From positions 1 to 59,857 of IMG/VR virus record IMGVR_UViG_3300012347_000101: a stretch of 59,857 bases of DNA; one strand, 5' to 3'. Under the pieces are notes generated by a model. It was not told the origin of the DNA. It ran no database searches and saw only the letters and a list, made by a program, of their open reading frames with translations. This DNA comes from a virus (Duplodnaviria; Caudoviricetes). A program made the translations under genes and the position numbers. Below, piece by piece: positions 8,510 to 17,579 of this stretch (positions are counted from its first letter, which is position 1; every line of letters begins with the position of its first letter).

Positions 8510-10903
8510 TCAGAACGTACCACCGTTGATCCCGCCCCAAGCCGGTGCGCTCGTTCCGGCAGATGTTAAGACCTGCCCCGCAGTGCCGTTAGCGATGAAG
8601 CTCGTAGCGCCTGCGCCGGTTTGGTAAGGGATCTGGCTGGCGATACCGCCTGCGAGGTTGGTGGCTGTTCCGGTGGTGACCGTGCTCGGGGCCACGTTAG
8701 TCCAGTAAGGGCCGCTCGAGTTGTACTGCAGCAGGTTGCCGTTAGCTAGGGTGCCTGAGTTGATGTAAACATCATGCAGTTCGCTAATCTCGTAACCGTT
8801 CTGCGTATGTACGTAGATTGAACCAGCCCCGCCTGAGCCACCTTTAACCACGTAACCGACCATCACCAAATGCTGCGGCGCTACCGGTTTTGTAGCTGTC
8901 CAAGCGCCTGGAGTAGTGGGCGACAGGTAAATGATTTGACCATCGGTGAACCCAGTGGTGTTCAAACCGTTTACGGTACCTTGAGTGGTCACAAAACCGC
9001 TCGAGTTGTTAGCAATAGACTCGGTCACAACGCCGATAATCGCCGCCGAGTCAGCATCAGAGTCCGCTTGTGCTAGCGCTACGGTCAAACGCTGGCCCTG
9101 TGAACCGCTACAGTAAACCACTTGGCCGTCAGTCAGCGTGGAGCCGGTGTTGTTGTAAACGTAAATGACGGTCTCTTGACCGACCTGCAAGTTCACGTTT
9201 CCACCTACCATACCCACCTGAGGGCCGCCGTTAGTTGTGTCCCATTGGAAACGACCGACGGTAGGGGTTGTGGTGGCTGCCGTGTTGAGCTGAACGTAAT
9301 CTGTACCCACCGCAGTCAAACCCGTAGCCGAGCCGCCGGTGATAGCCACGGCGTTAGCGTTCTGGGTTGACATAGTGCCCAAGCCCGAGACCTGAGTGTT
9401 GGCGATAGCGATGTTGGTGTCAGCTAGCGCGGTGAGTTGGCCCTGTGCGTTCACAGTGGCGGTCAAAGTCTTGCTCGCAGCGCCGTAACTCGCAGCCGTA
9501 ACGCCGGTGTTGGCGATAGCCGCTGTGACCGCCGCCGAGCCGTCAAAGCTCGTGCCGGAAAGACCAGTTCCGAGGGTCAACGCATTCGCGACTTTACCCG
9601 CCGTGGTTGCTGAGGTAGCCGAAGTGGCTGTTGCAGCGTTGCCGCTGATGTCGATAGCCCAAGTGCCTGTGGCGTTAAGTCCGCTCACCGAAGGCGCGCC
9701 TACGCTGGCGTAATTCAGGCTGACAACGCCGGTTTGCCCGTTGACCGAGCTGACCGTGTTGGTCTGGTCAATTTTCTGCCAAATCGTGCCGTTGAAGATA
9801 GCCCAGTCGCCCACTTGCCAGTCAGTGATGCCGTCCAAGTTAGTCGTACCCGCAACCGACACCACGTAGTACCAACCGGACGTTCCGGTGCTTGACACTA
9901 AGGTCGGGGTGTTAGTAGAAGCGTCCCAAGCCCCCTTGTACACCAATCCTGGCACGAACGCCTGAGTGGTGATACCGGTAATGACACCCTTGGAGTTTAC
10001 AGTAACCACAGGGTAAGTGGACGTTGAGCCGTAAGTGTTAGCGGTGACGCCTGAATCGGGCAGGTCAGCGTTCACGATGTTACGGAAAGACGTAGGGGCG
10101 GAAGGGCCGCTAGCTGGCCCAGCGTAGAACAGGTTAGCTGCTTGGTCGGTCTGGATCAGCGCCGAACCCCAAGTATACTCACCGTTGCCGCCTGAGACGA
10201 GCACCTGACCGGCGAGTCCAGGAGGGCCAACGTACAAGCCGTCAGCGCCGCACCAGATGATCGCACCTGCGTCGGGGACGAGGCTCTTAGCCGTACCGCC
10301 GTTGCTCAGGCCGAGGATGTTGTCAACTTCGTCATCGCTTGACAAGTCCACAGCGGGGTGCTTGTGGTCGGAGCGAGACATCTCGGTTGAAACGCCCGCA
10401 GCTCCAGACTGGAAGCCTGACTCGGGTGTGCCGTCTGACAAGTTGGCAATGATGGTGACGTTGTTGTTCAACGTACCGCCACCCGACAAACCCGTTCCGG
10501 CAATGACCTCACGGGTCTCAGGCACATAGCCCGACACTTGTAACTGGGCCGTAGAAGCCGCCGTTACGCGACCCGTAGAGTCTACCGTGAAGACCGGAAC
10601 CTGTGTGGACGAACCGTAAACACCGGCAGACACGCCCGTGTCAGACAGCAACGAGCCGTTAATACCCTTTGAGGCCACACTGAGCGTGACGTTGTTGAGC
10701 AGCTGCCCACCGCCCGACAAACCCGTACCCGCAATGACTTGACGCGAAACCGGCACACCGGCTACGCTCAACAGGTCACCGGCGCGAATTTGGTAGTTGT
10801 TACCTTGATACACGATGAGCAGCAGGCTGTCCTCAGAGGCCACGGGGGCCGTAGGCAGCTGCGTGATTCGCGTGGGGATTAGATTGCTAGGTACGTCTGA
10901 CAT
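8510..10903 (-). CDS. Long tail fibre protein
   Basis: 797 aa Gly/Thr/Ser-rich; AGTGLSGGG, TVDSTGRVTAA and YKGAWDAS repeats; ends INGGTF. Confidence 0.8.
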   Translation of the reverse strand: MSDVPSNLIPTRITQLPTAPVASEDSLLLIVYQGNNYQIRAGDLLSVAGVPVSRQVIAGTGLSGGGQLLNNVTLSVASKGINGSLLSDTGVSAGVYGSSTQVPVFTVDSTGRVTAASTAQLQVSGYVPETREVIAGTGLSGGGTLNNNVTIIANLSDGTPESGFQSGAAGVSTEMSRSDHKHPAVDLSSDDEVDNILGLSNGGTAKSLVPDAGAIIWCGADGLYVGPPGLAGQVLVSGGNGEYTWGSALIQTDQAANLFYAGPASGPSAPTSFRNIVNADLPDSGVTANTYGSTSTYPVVTVNSKGVITGITTQAFVPGLVYKGAWDASTNTPTLVSSTGTSGWYYVVSVAGTTNLDGITDWQVGDWAIFNGTIWQKIDQTNTVSSVNGQTGVVSLNYASVGAPSVSGLNATGTWAIDISGNAATATSATSATTAGKVANALTLGTGLSGTSFDGSAAVTAAIANTGVTAASYGAASKTLTATVNAQGQLTALADTNIAIANTQVSGLGTMSTQNANAVAITGGSATGLTAVGTDYVQLNTAATTTPTVGRFQWDTTNGGPQVGMVGGNVNLQVGQETVIYVYNNTGSTLTDGQVVYCSGSQGQRLTVALAQADSDADSAAIIGVVTESIANNSSGFVTTQGTVNGLNTTGFTDGQIIYLSPTTPGAWTATKPVAPQHLVMVGYVVKGGSGGAGSIYVHTQNGYEISELHDVYINSGTLANGNLLQYNSSGPYWTNVAPSTVTTGTATNLAGGIASQIPYQTGAGATSFIANGTAGQVLTSAGTSAPAWGGINGGTF

Positions 10904-10906
10904 GTG

Positions 10907-11212
10907 TCAAATCTCCAAATATCCGTCACCGTCTTCGGTGATGATGAACTGGTTGCCGGCTTCTTGAATCAAGCCCGCAGGGTTAGTGTTGACCGGCGTG
11001 TCAGGGCGGTTAAACGGCAGCACGATCTGGTCAGGACGGCGGGGCGCAAGGCGGTACGGATCGTACTCGTCGCGGTCCTCGTCACAAACCATGAGCGCGG
11101 GGTAGTTGGGGTCGGGTTTTAGCTTAGCCAGCAGGAACTTGCGCGAACAACGCGCGCAAATACCGATACCGTAGGTCGGTTCGCCGGTGGGGTCTAAAAA
11201 CATCCCGCTCAT
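10907..11212 (-). CDS. Small virion-associated protein with CxxC motif
   Basis: ICARCSRK...VCDED; C-terminal IITEDG; within the structural operon. Confidence 0.6.
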   Translation of the reverse strand: MSGMFLDPTGEPTYGIGICARCSRKFLLAKLKPDPNYPALMVCDEDRDEYDPYRLAPRRPDQIVLPFNRPDTPVNTNPAGLIQEAGNQFIITEDGDGYLEI

Positions 11213-12189
11213 TTAGTGTAGCATCCGATGCCAGGATTGATCTGCGTGGGCGAGCCGTCATTGTCGCCGTCCCAAGCACGTTGTAGCGAAATGTTCGCTT
11301 TCTGCTCAAGGATAGGAATGAGGTTCATGTCCACAGAGGGGGTTTCGCCCGCGACCTTAGCGGCGAGGCCGTCAATAATCGCCTGCAACCATCGTTGCGG
11401 CACTTCGACGTCTTGCTGCAGGTTCTCGGTGTCCATGATCTGACGATGACGCCACAAAACAAGCTGCGCGCCCTCGGCGTAAATAGCAGGAGCGGGCCAC
11501 AGGTTCACAATCGGGCGCACGAGGTCACGCTGGTAGTAGTAGTTACTGGGGCGACCAGGAAAAACCTTATTGCTCTGGTTCACATACGAGTCACGGTTCA
11601 GCTGCCCGAGCGGGATCTCTTGTGGTAAATTGCCCAGTGAGATCAAAGAGTACGGAATCGTGCTTGTAGACGTGGCGCGGAAGTACAGATAGGGGATGGC
11701 CCCAGAAATGTCTGTCCAGCTGATTTCGCCAGCGCTAGCCGTCACGTCGAGGGTGCCAACGGTAACCCAAGTGGCGTTGTCATTGCTGACTTGCAGGGTT
11801 AACGGAACCGCAGCCCCAGACCACTTGATACCAAACACGTCAACCGTGGTTGCCGAAGGGAACGCAACGGTGTAAGACGTAGAAAGGGAGACCGTTGTGC
11901 CGGTCACGGGCTGAATCTGACGGTAGTTCAGGTTCAGAACGTCAACAGTGCCGAGCGGAAGCTCTACGACTTGTTGGTTCTGGTACATCGGCAGGATGAC
12001 TTGCTCAATACACCAGCTGGGGGTCTTGATGTTGGCCAGTTCGGACAGCATCAAATACAGAGACTCAAGCGCGTAGCTTTGCATCTCGCCCGAAATTGCC
12101 TGAGCGGGCAGGCGGCAACGCCGGAAGGCGTGGTCAACCACCTTCAGGGCATTAAATGTTGTTGCGCTCACGTTGCCGGAAAAGGCCAT
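11209..12189 (-). CDS. Head-tail adaptor-like structural protein
   Basis: AFRRC...ALESLYLMLSE N-terminal helices, GRPSNYYY and LWPAP motifs of podoviral adaptors. Confidence 0.55.
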   Translation of the reverse strand: MAFSGNVSATTFNALKVVDHAFRRCRLPAQAISGEMQSYALESLYLMLSELANIKTPSWCIEQVILPMYQNQQVVELPLGTVDVLNLNYRQIQPVTGTTVSLSTSYTVAFPSATTVDVFGIKWSGAAVPLTLQVSNDNATWVTVGTLDVTASAGEISWTDISGAIPYLYFRATSTSTIPYSLISLGNLPQEIPLGQLNRDSYVNQSNKVFPGRPSNYYYQRDLVRPIVNLWPAPAIYAEGAQLVLWRHRQIMDTENLQQDVEVPQRWLQAIIDGLAAKVAGETPSVDMNLIPILEQKANISLQRAWDGDNDGSPTQINPGIGCYTK

Positions 12190-12271
12190 ACTAACTCCGA
12201 GAGGGGTGGTCAGATGGCCGCCGGTACAGCGCGCCCTACAATGACAGAAATTTTAGTTCAAGAAGCCTGAA

Positions 12272-12667
12272 TTAGCACTTCTTCATCGCTGGGCCGCCCT
12301 TTTTCAAGGCGATCATTGGCTCACGGGAAGCCACAGGCACAGCGCGGCGCGCGGGGGCGCGAACCACCGCCTCTTCCATCACCGCTTGGCGTTCCATGGT
12401 TGGCGTCTGAGTTGTCTCACGCTTCATCATGGTTTCGCGCTTGGGTATGACTTTGCCGCCCTTGGCGAGCTTGGTCAGGGGTTCACCTTTGTGCAGGGCT
12501 TTTTCATGCTTGTGCACAGCGGCGGACACCATCTGTTTGTCTTGCTTCATGTCGCTAGCAACAGCGCCGCCCTTGGCGTAGCCTTTGCCGGCCATACCGC
12601 CCTTGCACAGACCCACGGTTTTACCTGCGGAGCTGAAGTTGAAGTCTTTTACTTTACCGACTGTCAT
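12272..12667 (-). CDS. Basic protein with four xKGG motifs
   Basis: LCKGGMA, YAKGGAV, LAKGGKV, LKKGGPA. Confidence 0.65.
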   Translation of the reverse strand: MTVGKVKDFNFSSAGKTVGLCKGGMAGKGYAKGGAVASDMKQDKQMVSAAVHKHEKALHKGEPLTKLAKGGKVIPKRETMMKRETTQTPTMERQAVMEEAVVRAPARRAVPVASREPMIALKKGGPAMKKC

Positions 12668-12678
12668 AATTGTGCTCC

Positions 12679-13089
12679 TTAGGCGCTGGCGTATGTTTTG
12701 ATGAATTCGAGGATGAGCGTGTAGCGGTCACCGGAGGTAGCACCCACGGTAGTGAACGCCACGTCACCGGTCTTGCCGGTGCCAGCGTTGTTGCTGATTC
12801 CGCCAAAGTCGTTGTAGCTTGCGGTGTACATGACGTTCTGAGGAACGGTCTCGCATACCACGTCGGTGTCAGCGTCCCACAAGATGGTAACACCCATACC
12901 GTCAGTCTGGGCCCAGATCTTGTTCAGCTTTACGCCGTTGCAGGCGAGGTTAAATGAGTTACGTGCCAGAGTGGACACGTCGACCTTGGTGACTGCGCTC
13001 TCGCCAGTACCGTCGGACACGTTGGTGAATTTGGCAATATAAAGACGTTCGCCGTCCAGAATTACTTGCGTGCTTACTGCGTCAGCCAT
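12679..13089 (-). CDS. Virion structural protein (beta-sandwich; possible head decoration)
   Basis: 136 aa, AGGAG RBS, downstream of the capsid gene. Confidence 0.6.
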   Translation of the reverse strand: MADAVSTQVILDGERLYIAKFTNVSDGTGESAVTKVDVSTLARNSFNLACNGVKLNKIWAQTDGMGVTILWDADTDVVCETVPQNVMYTASYNDFGGISNNAGTGKTGDVAFTTVGATSGDRYTLILEFIKTYASA

Positions 13090-13152
13090 GATAGGCTCCT
13101 ATTGAAACGGGCAGGGACTAGCCCCGCCACCCGTTAATGAAAACCGCCAGTA

Positions 13153-13545
13153 TTAGGCAGCAACAGCGCCGTTCAAAGCGGTGATAGCCCAACCAGCAGC
13201 AGTGTACACCAAAGAGGCAGACTCGCCCACGCCGGTGAAGGTGATGGTGCTAAAGCCGATCTTGGTGGTTGGGGTCAACACAGCAGAGCCGCCGTCAACC
13301 ACGTGCACGATGGTCTTCATTTGACCGAGGGTGCCGTTAGCCAGCGTCAAAGCCTGTGCCGAACCGGTGCTTGTCAAACTGGTCAACATGTCTGTGACGT
13401 TGACAGCGCCTGCGCCAGAAAGAGCTTGGTTGCTAGCGATCACGTCACCTGTGAGGTTACCTGTGACGTTGCCGGTGATGTTGCCAGTGAATGTGCCCTG
13501 AAAGCCGTTCAAAGATACGACTGGGCCGGAGAAGGTAGTAGACAT
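13153..13545 (-). CDS. Head fibre/decoration-like protein (start ATG 13545, MSTTFSGPV)
   Basis: GNITGNVTGNLTG repeats; GAGGA RBS. Confidence 0.65.
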   Translation of the reverse strand: MSTTFSGPVVSLNGFQGTFTGNITGNVTGNLTGDVIASNQALSGAGAVNVTDMLTSLTSTGSAQALTLANGTLGQMKTIVHVVDGGSAVLTPTTKIGFSTITFTGVGESASLVYTAAGWAITALNGAVAA

Positions 13546-13554
13546 TGTTTGTTT

Positions 13555-13628
13555 CCTCACATGCGAGAATTGATGATACGTTTGTCTGCATGTCGTCAGC
13601 GCGGGGTTAGCTCGCTGTCGAACGTATC
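13555..13628 (-). ncRNA. Pseudoknotted cis-RNA downstream of the capsid gene (Mu-gpT-DE-like candidate)
   Basis: GAUACGUU/AACGUAUC stem, inner CAGCG/CGCUG hairpin, loop ACAUGC complementary to GCAUGU abutting the GAGGA RBS. Confidence 0.6.
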
Positions 13629-13643
13629 GGGGGAACCCCAAGG

Positions 13644-13676
13644 GAAAAACCCCCGCCGGTTGCCCAGCAGGGGTTC
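13644..13676 (-). terminator. Intrinsic terminator after the major capsid gene
   Basis: AACCCCUGCUGG-GCAA-CCGGCGGGGGUUUUU. Confidence 0.75.
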
Positions 13677-13686
13677 TTCAAGGTGA

Positions 13687-14601
13687 TTAGATACCAGCGG
13701 TACCGTACACACCACGTGGGTCAGTCCAACCCACCACATAACGCTCAGTTGCCTTGTAGCGCATGGAGTCAGTCTCGAAGTCACCTTCCATAGACTTTTC
13801 CAAACCACGACGCATCAACAGCTTCAAACCGTCTGGAGCATCGGTCTGCACCCACCAAGCGGTGGTAGAAGTGATACGAGACAAGTTAGCTTGGCCGTCA
13901 GCCAGCAAGCCCATAGACTTAACTGGGTTGATGTCGTTGTCAGCAGTGCCAGCACGCAGCACAGACTTCAACAAGACTTCAGCTTGGAACACGTTAGAAG
14001 GACCAGAAACGATCTTCTTAGGTGTCAAACGGATACGCTTACCGTTGTTGTCAACAGCGTTGCGGATCTGGATGAGCATCTGCTCCAATGAAGTTTGCGA
14101 CAATGCAGCAGCAGTAGTGAGCTGGTTGCTGAAAGTGCCGTTCACGATTGGATGGCTGTTGCTAACCAAAGCCACGCCGTCACCACCGGTGTAAGAACCG
14201 TTAAAGGCGCGGTTCAAGATGTTGGCAGCGAGGGTTTCCTTAGTCTCAATCAGAGATTGAGCCAAGTGCTTGGCGTAGGTCTGACCGATACGGATATGGT
14301 CGCCGTCCTCAACCAACACTTTTGTCAAAGCGAAGGCGAGGCCATACACTTTGTACAAGTAGCGTTGCAAGAACAACACACCACCGGATTGGTAAGTCAC
14401 AGCCATACCGTCTGGCAACTCAGGAGCTGCACCGAAACCGTACAAGACGGGTTCTTCGTGGTAGTTACGTGGGATACCTTTTTGTTCACGGAAGACCATC
14501 TTCCATTCGTCGGCACGTTGGTCATAAACGCCGTCGAAGACTTCGTTCATGATTGGTTCGACTACGGAGCGGAAGTCCGTACTGCGCATAGGGGTTGCCA
14601 T
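13687..14601 (-). CDS. Major capsid protein (Mu gpT-like family)
   Basis: 304 aa; AANILNRAF..GGDGVAL..HP, F.TD..RYKATERY..GWTDPRG.YG motifs; strong codon bias. Confidence 0.85.
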   Translation of the reverse strand: MATPMRSTDFRSVVEPIMNEVFDGVYDQRADEWKMVFREQKGIPRNYHEEPVLYGFGAAPELPDGMAVTYQSGGVLFLQRYLYKVYGLAFALTKVLVEDGDHIRIGQTYAKHLAQSLIETKETLAANILNRAFNGSYTGGDGVALVSNSHPIVNGTFSNQLTTAAALSQTSLEQMLIQIRNAVDNNGKRIRLTPKKIVSGPSNVFQAEVLLKSVLRAGTADNDINPVKSMGLLADGQANLSRITSTTAWWVQTDAPDGLKLLMRRGLEKSMEGDFETDSMRYKATERYVVGWTDPRGVYGTAGI

Positions 14602-14614
14602 TGTCTAACCCTCC

Positions 14615-15214
14615 TTAGATTGAGTTAACCGCAGCTTTGTATGCGTGTTCGTTGATACGAACGGTCACAACAGCATAAGCATCGGTGATTGAGTCATTGA
14701 TTTCATAGCCAAAGCCGGTGATCTGGAACTGGCCAGAAGTCGACTGAATAGCTGTGAGCTGGGTGCTGGACAAACCAGTACGTGTGCTGCCGCCAGGAGA
14801 GGCCACAGTCCAATCGCACTCTTCGCCAACCGCAGTTTGCATAGTGGTAACACCGGCTGTGCCTGGATTGGTGTATTGCACTTCAAACAACGTTTCAGGA
14901 TCATCGTAGACCCAAGCGGTGATGTTCGTAGCAGTTGTACCAGTTGGCCAGAAAGGCGAAATGGTAGGCTTGCCCGATGCGTCATCGTATTGGCAGCCGG
15001 CAAAAATGCCGAGCAAGGTGACGCCGTCAACGGTGCCCGAACGAGTACCGTCAGAGGTGCCCAATTCGATGACGCCAGCGTCAGTGAGCTTCACGGGGTC
15101 ACCCGAGAAGATGTTTGCAGCATAACCGGTTGCAACGGTATAGGCTTTCGCGCGGATCTGGCCACTGTTGTGGAAAGAAGCACGGAAGCCGAAAGGTGCG
15201 CTAGTCGAAGACAT
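14615..15214 (-). CDS. Capsid decoration/minor head protein
   Basis: APFGFR...IFSGDPV...GIFAGC.Y...VYDDP motifs; directly upstream of the capsid gene. Confidence 0.65.
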   Translation of the reverse strand: MSSTSAPFGFRASFHNSGQIRAKAYTVATGYAANIFSGDPVKLTDAGVIELGTSDGTRSGTVDGVTLLGIFAGCQYDDASGKPTISPFWPTGTTATNITAWVYDDPETLFEVQYTNPGTAGVTTMQTAVGEECDWTVASPGGSTRTGLSSTQLTAIQSTSGQFQITGFGYEINDSITDAYAVVTVRINEHAYKAAVNSI

Positions 15215-15254
15215 TAGCTCAGCTCCTTAAGGTTGGTTGAATTAAAAAATTGCG

Positions 15255-15785
15255 TCAAGACAGCTCAAACTGAGCGTCTCGCTTTTGTCCAATTTCCATA
15301 TTACCGTCGCCCATAGTGATCTTCGACTTAGATGCGCGCGCTTGTTGTTCCATGAACTCAGCCGTGTCAGTGAGTTTTTCTTCCTCACGTAACGGAGCAT
15401 CATGGTGTGCCTCTTTCATGTACTTTTCGTACAATGACATCGGCAGCTTAAAAGCCAGCATCTCATTAACCCCTACAAACCCGTTCCAGTCACCTGTTTT
15501 AATGGTGGCGTATTCCCATCCAGGAACATCTTCCGGCTTGATGGGCTGGTAGCCCAGACGGATGCGCATCTGGATAGAGTCGCGGGGGTTAGTCGTTGTC
15601 AGCCAGCACGTGTGCCAGCCAGGAATCTTCGGTAAATCAGGCAATGAAGACTGAAAAAACTGTTGACGGAACATTTCAACTCGCTCATCATCAGACAACT
15701 CACGGTTTTCAGTTTTCGTGCGATCTTCCATCTCACGGACTGTGCGGTTGTCACCAGCGGATTTCTTTAAGCGTTCGTCGGACAT
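15255..15785 (-). CDS. Head-module hypothetical protein
   Basis: 176 aa between scaffold and decoration genes; AAGGAG RBS. Confidence 0.65.
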   Translation of the reverse strand: MSDERLKKSAGDNRTVREMEDRTKTENRELSDDERVEMFRQQFFQSSLPDLPKIPGWHTCWLTTTNPRDSIQMRIRLGYQPIKPEDVPGWEYATIKTGDWNGFVGVNEMLAFKLPMSLYEKYMKEAHHDAPLREEEKLTDTAEFMEQQARASKSKITMGDGNMEIGQKRDAQFELS

Positions 15786-15813
15786 TACTCGCTCCTTTCA
15801 GCGATTGATTTAA

Positions 15814-15842
15814 ATTTTAGGCGTGAATTGCGCGGAAGGCAA
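15814..15842 (-). promoter_or_regulatory. Sigma70-like promoter for the capsid genes
   Basis: TTGCCT-17 bp-TAAAAT. Confidence 0.65.
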
Positions 15843-15843
15843 T

Positions 15844-16830
15844 TCAAGCACGGTTCTGGCGGTCGTATTCAGCGTAACGCTTGACATACTTCATGCGGAG
15901 GATGGGGTCGTCCCAAACACCTGCATCAATCAGAGCCTGCTTGCGCTCGGGGCTCACGTAGACTTCCTTGCGAGTAGAAGTGGGGGCGTGTTCACGGCCT
16001 GAGCCGATACCAGGACCACCGCGCGCTACGCGCTCTTCTTTTTGCTCAGCCTTAGCTTCACCCTTGAATCGTTCAGGCAGGCGGCGGGCAGCGCGGGCGC
16101 GCAGCTCGTTCCAGTACTCTTCGCTCTTCGGGTCGTAGCCGTCACGCACCAGACCTTGGTCAATAGCGAGCACGATGGCGGAGTCTTCGTTACGGCCTTG
16201 GGGGTCGTACCATTTGTTCTCGTCAAGGAACTCACGTGCGTGCAACATGACGCGATCGTCCATGCCGCCGTCTTGCGCTACGGGTTTGGCTTGCGCTGCT
16301 TGGTTCTTAGCAAAGGCGAGTTGGTTAGCCTTGGCGATAGCCTCGTCGCGGTACTTCAGGGCTTGGGCTACGTCAGCGCCGTTGCCGGCCTCAACCGCCT
16401 TAGCAATGACACGCTCGGCCATCTCGGCTTCGTTCTTGGCAGCAGCGATTTGTTGGTCGTAGCTGTTCAGGTCGGCCTGATAGGTGCGTTGTTCAATTGT
16501 GCTAAAGCGGCGCTCAAGGTCGTCGTTGCGTTTGCGCAGGAACTCCAACTCCACCTTGTCACGGGTGATGGCCTTCTCGCGGCGCTCTTTGCGCTCGAGC
16601 TTTTCAAGGCGGCGGCGCTCACGAATGGCTTCGCGTTCGTCGTCGCTGGCGTCTTTTTCTTCGTCGGCAGCTTTGGTGCTGCGTTCGTCGTCTTCGTGTT
16701 CGTCGTCTTCGGAGTCCTTAGCCGCCTTAGCGTCTTCCTCGGCTTTCTTAACCGCAGGATCCTCCTCAACGATCACGATCTCTTGGTCTCGCTCCAAGTT
16801 TTCGTCGTCTTCTTTCAATACTTCAGCCAT
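15844..16830 (-). CDS. Capsid scaffolding protein
   Basis: Acidic N-terminus, long coiled coil, position between portal and capsid genes. Confidence 0.7.
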   Translation of the reverse strand: MAEVLKEDDENLERDQEIVIVEEDPAVKKAEEDAKAAKDSEDDEHEDDERSTKAADEEKDASDDEREAIRERRRLEKLERKERREKAITRDKVELEFLRKRNDDLERRFSTIEQRTYQADLNSYDQQIAAAKNEAEMAERVIAKAVEAGNGADVAQALKYRDEAIAKANQLAFAKNQAAQAKPVAQDGGMDDRVMLHAREFLDENKWYDPQGRNEDSAIVLAIDQGLVRDGYDPKSEEYWNELRARAARRLPERFKGEAKAEQKEERVARGGPGIGSGREHAPTSTRKEVYVSPERKQALIDAGVWDDPILRMKYVKRYAEYDRQNRA

Positions 16831-16845
16831 TGCTCATCTCCTTTA

Positions 16846-17253
16846 TCAGATGAATGCTCGGATAGCCAACGGGTCGCCTTCGACTTTGCCGATGATATCC
16901 AAATCGTTAAAGATCACGAACAGCGCGGATTCGCCGTTCTCCAGTGGGACCTCCCAGCGGTCACCGCCGTACTTAGGGACGCGAACGTAGTCACCAGGAT
17001 GAGCCCATGAGCCTTCGGGCCAAGGTTCCAAGTTGTTACGGTTGCGGTAAGCAACGGGGCCGTGCTGAATCACTTTGGCCACTTGTGTGTTCCACTTCTC
17101 AGTATCACGCGACCCAGTGTCGATGATGATGCCCGAGGCGGTGGTTTGCTTTGGTGTGCGGATCTGTACCAGAACACGGCTACCGAAGGGCTGCACACCA
17201 GCATTTACTGCTGGAAAAGCCGCTTCCATGGCGTTCTCATAGGTCTTTGTCAC
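16846..17253 (-). CDS. groES: GroES-like co-chaperonin (start likely GTG 17253)
   Basis: PFGSRVLV...TASGII...V...GP...GDYV..PKYGG...NDLDIIG. Confidence 0.85.
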   Translation of the reverse strand: MTKTYENAMEAAFPAVNAGVQPFGSRVLVQIRTPKQTTASGIIIDTGSRDTEKWNTQVAKVIQHGPVAYRNRNNLEPWPEGSWAHPGDYVRVPKYGGDRWEVPLENGESALFVIFNDLDIIGKVEGDPLAIRAFI

Positions 17254-17434
17254 TATTTCTCTCCTCATCGAGAATTGCAAGAAGTACGTTGATGGCGGCC
17301 TCGTAACCAGCTACGACACCGACGCGATACCCGTACTCAAAAGTATCACGGTTTTGGGGACGCTTGAGGGACTCAAGCGCGAATTCTTGCTGCTTAACTT
17401 TGAGGTTGTTAAGCAGTTGAGCTTCTATGCTCAC
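17237..17434 (-). CDS. Small helical hypothetical protein
   Basis: 65-aa ORF overlapping both neighbours. Confidence 0.65.
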   Translation of the reverse strand: MSIEAQLLNNLKVKQQEFALESLKRPQNRDTFEYGYRVGVVAGYEAAINVLLAILDEERNSDKDL

Positions 17435-17568
17435 GCAGGCGTCTTTTTCTCAGCGGGGGCTGAGGGTGTGGTCTGGCCCGTGACGGGTTGACCAGCAGCC
17501 ATGCGGTGGTGCTGCTTGACGGCAGCGTTGTTCATAGGGACGGTGCCCGTGGTTGGTTTGTCAGCCAT
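17431..17568 (-). CDS. 45-aa hypothetical protein (not in the ORF track)
   Basis: AAGGAG RBS; MADKPTTGTVPMNNAAVKQHHRMAAG...; stop overlaps the next start. Confidence 0.6.
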   Translation of the reverse strand: MADKPTTGTVPMNNAAVKQHHRMAAGQPVTGQTTPSAPAEKKTPA

Positions 17569-17579
17569 TTAGCTTCTCC

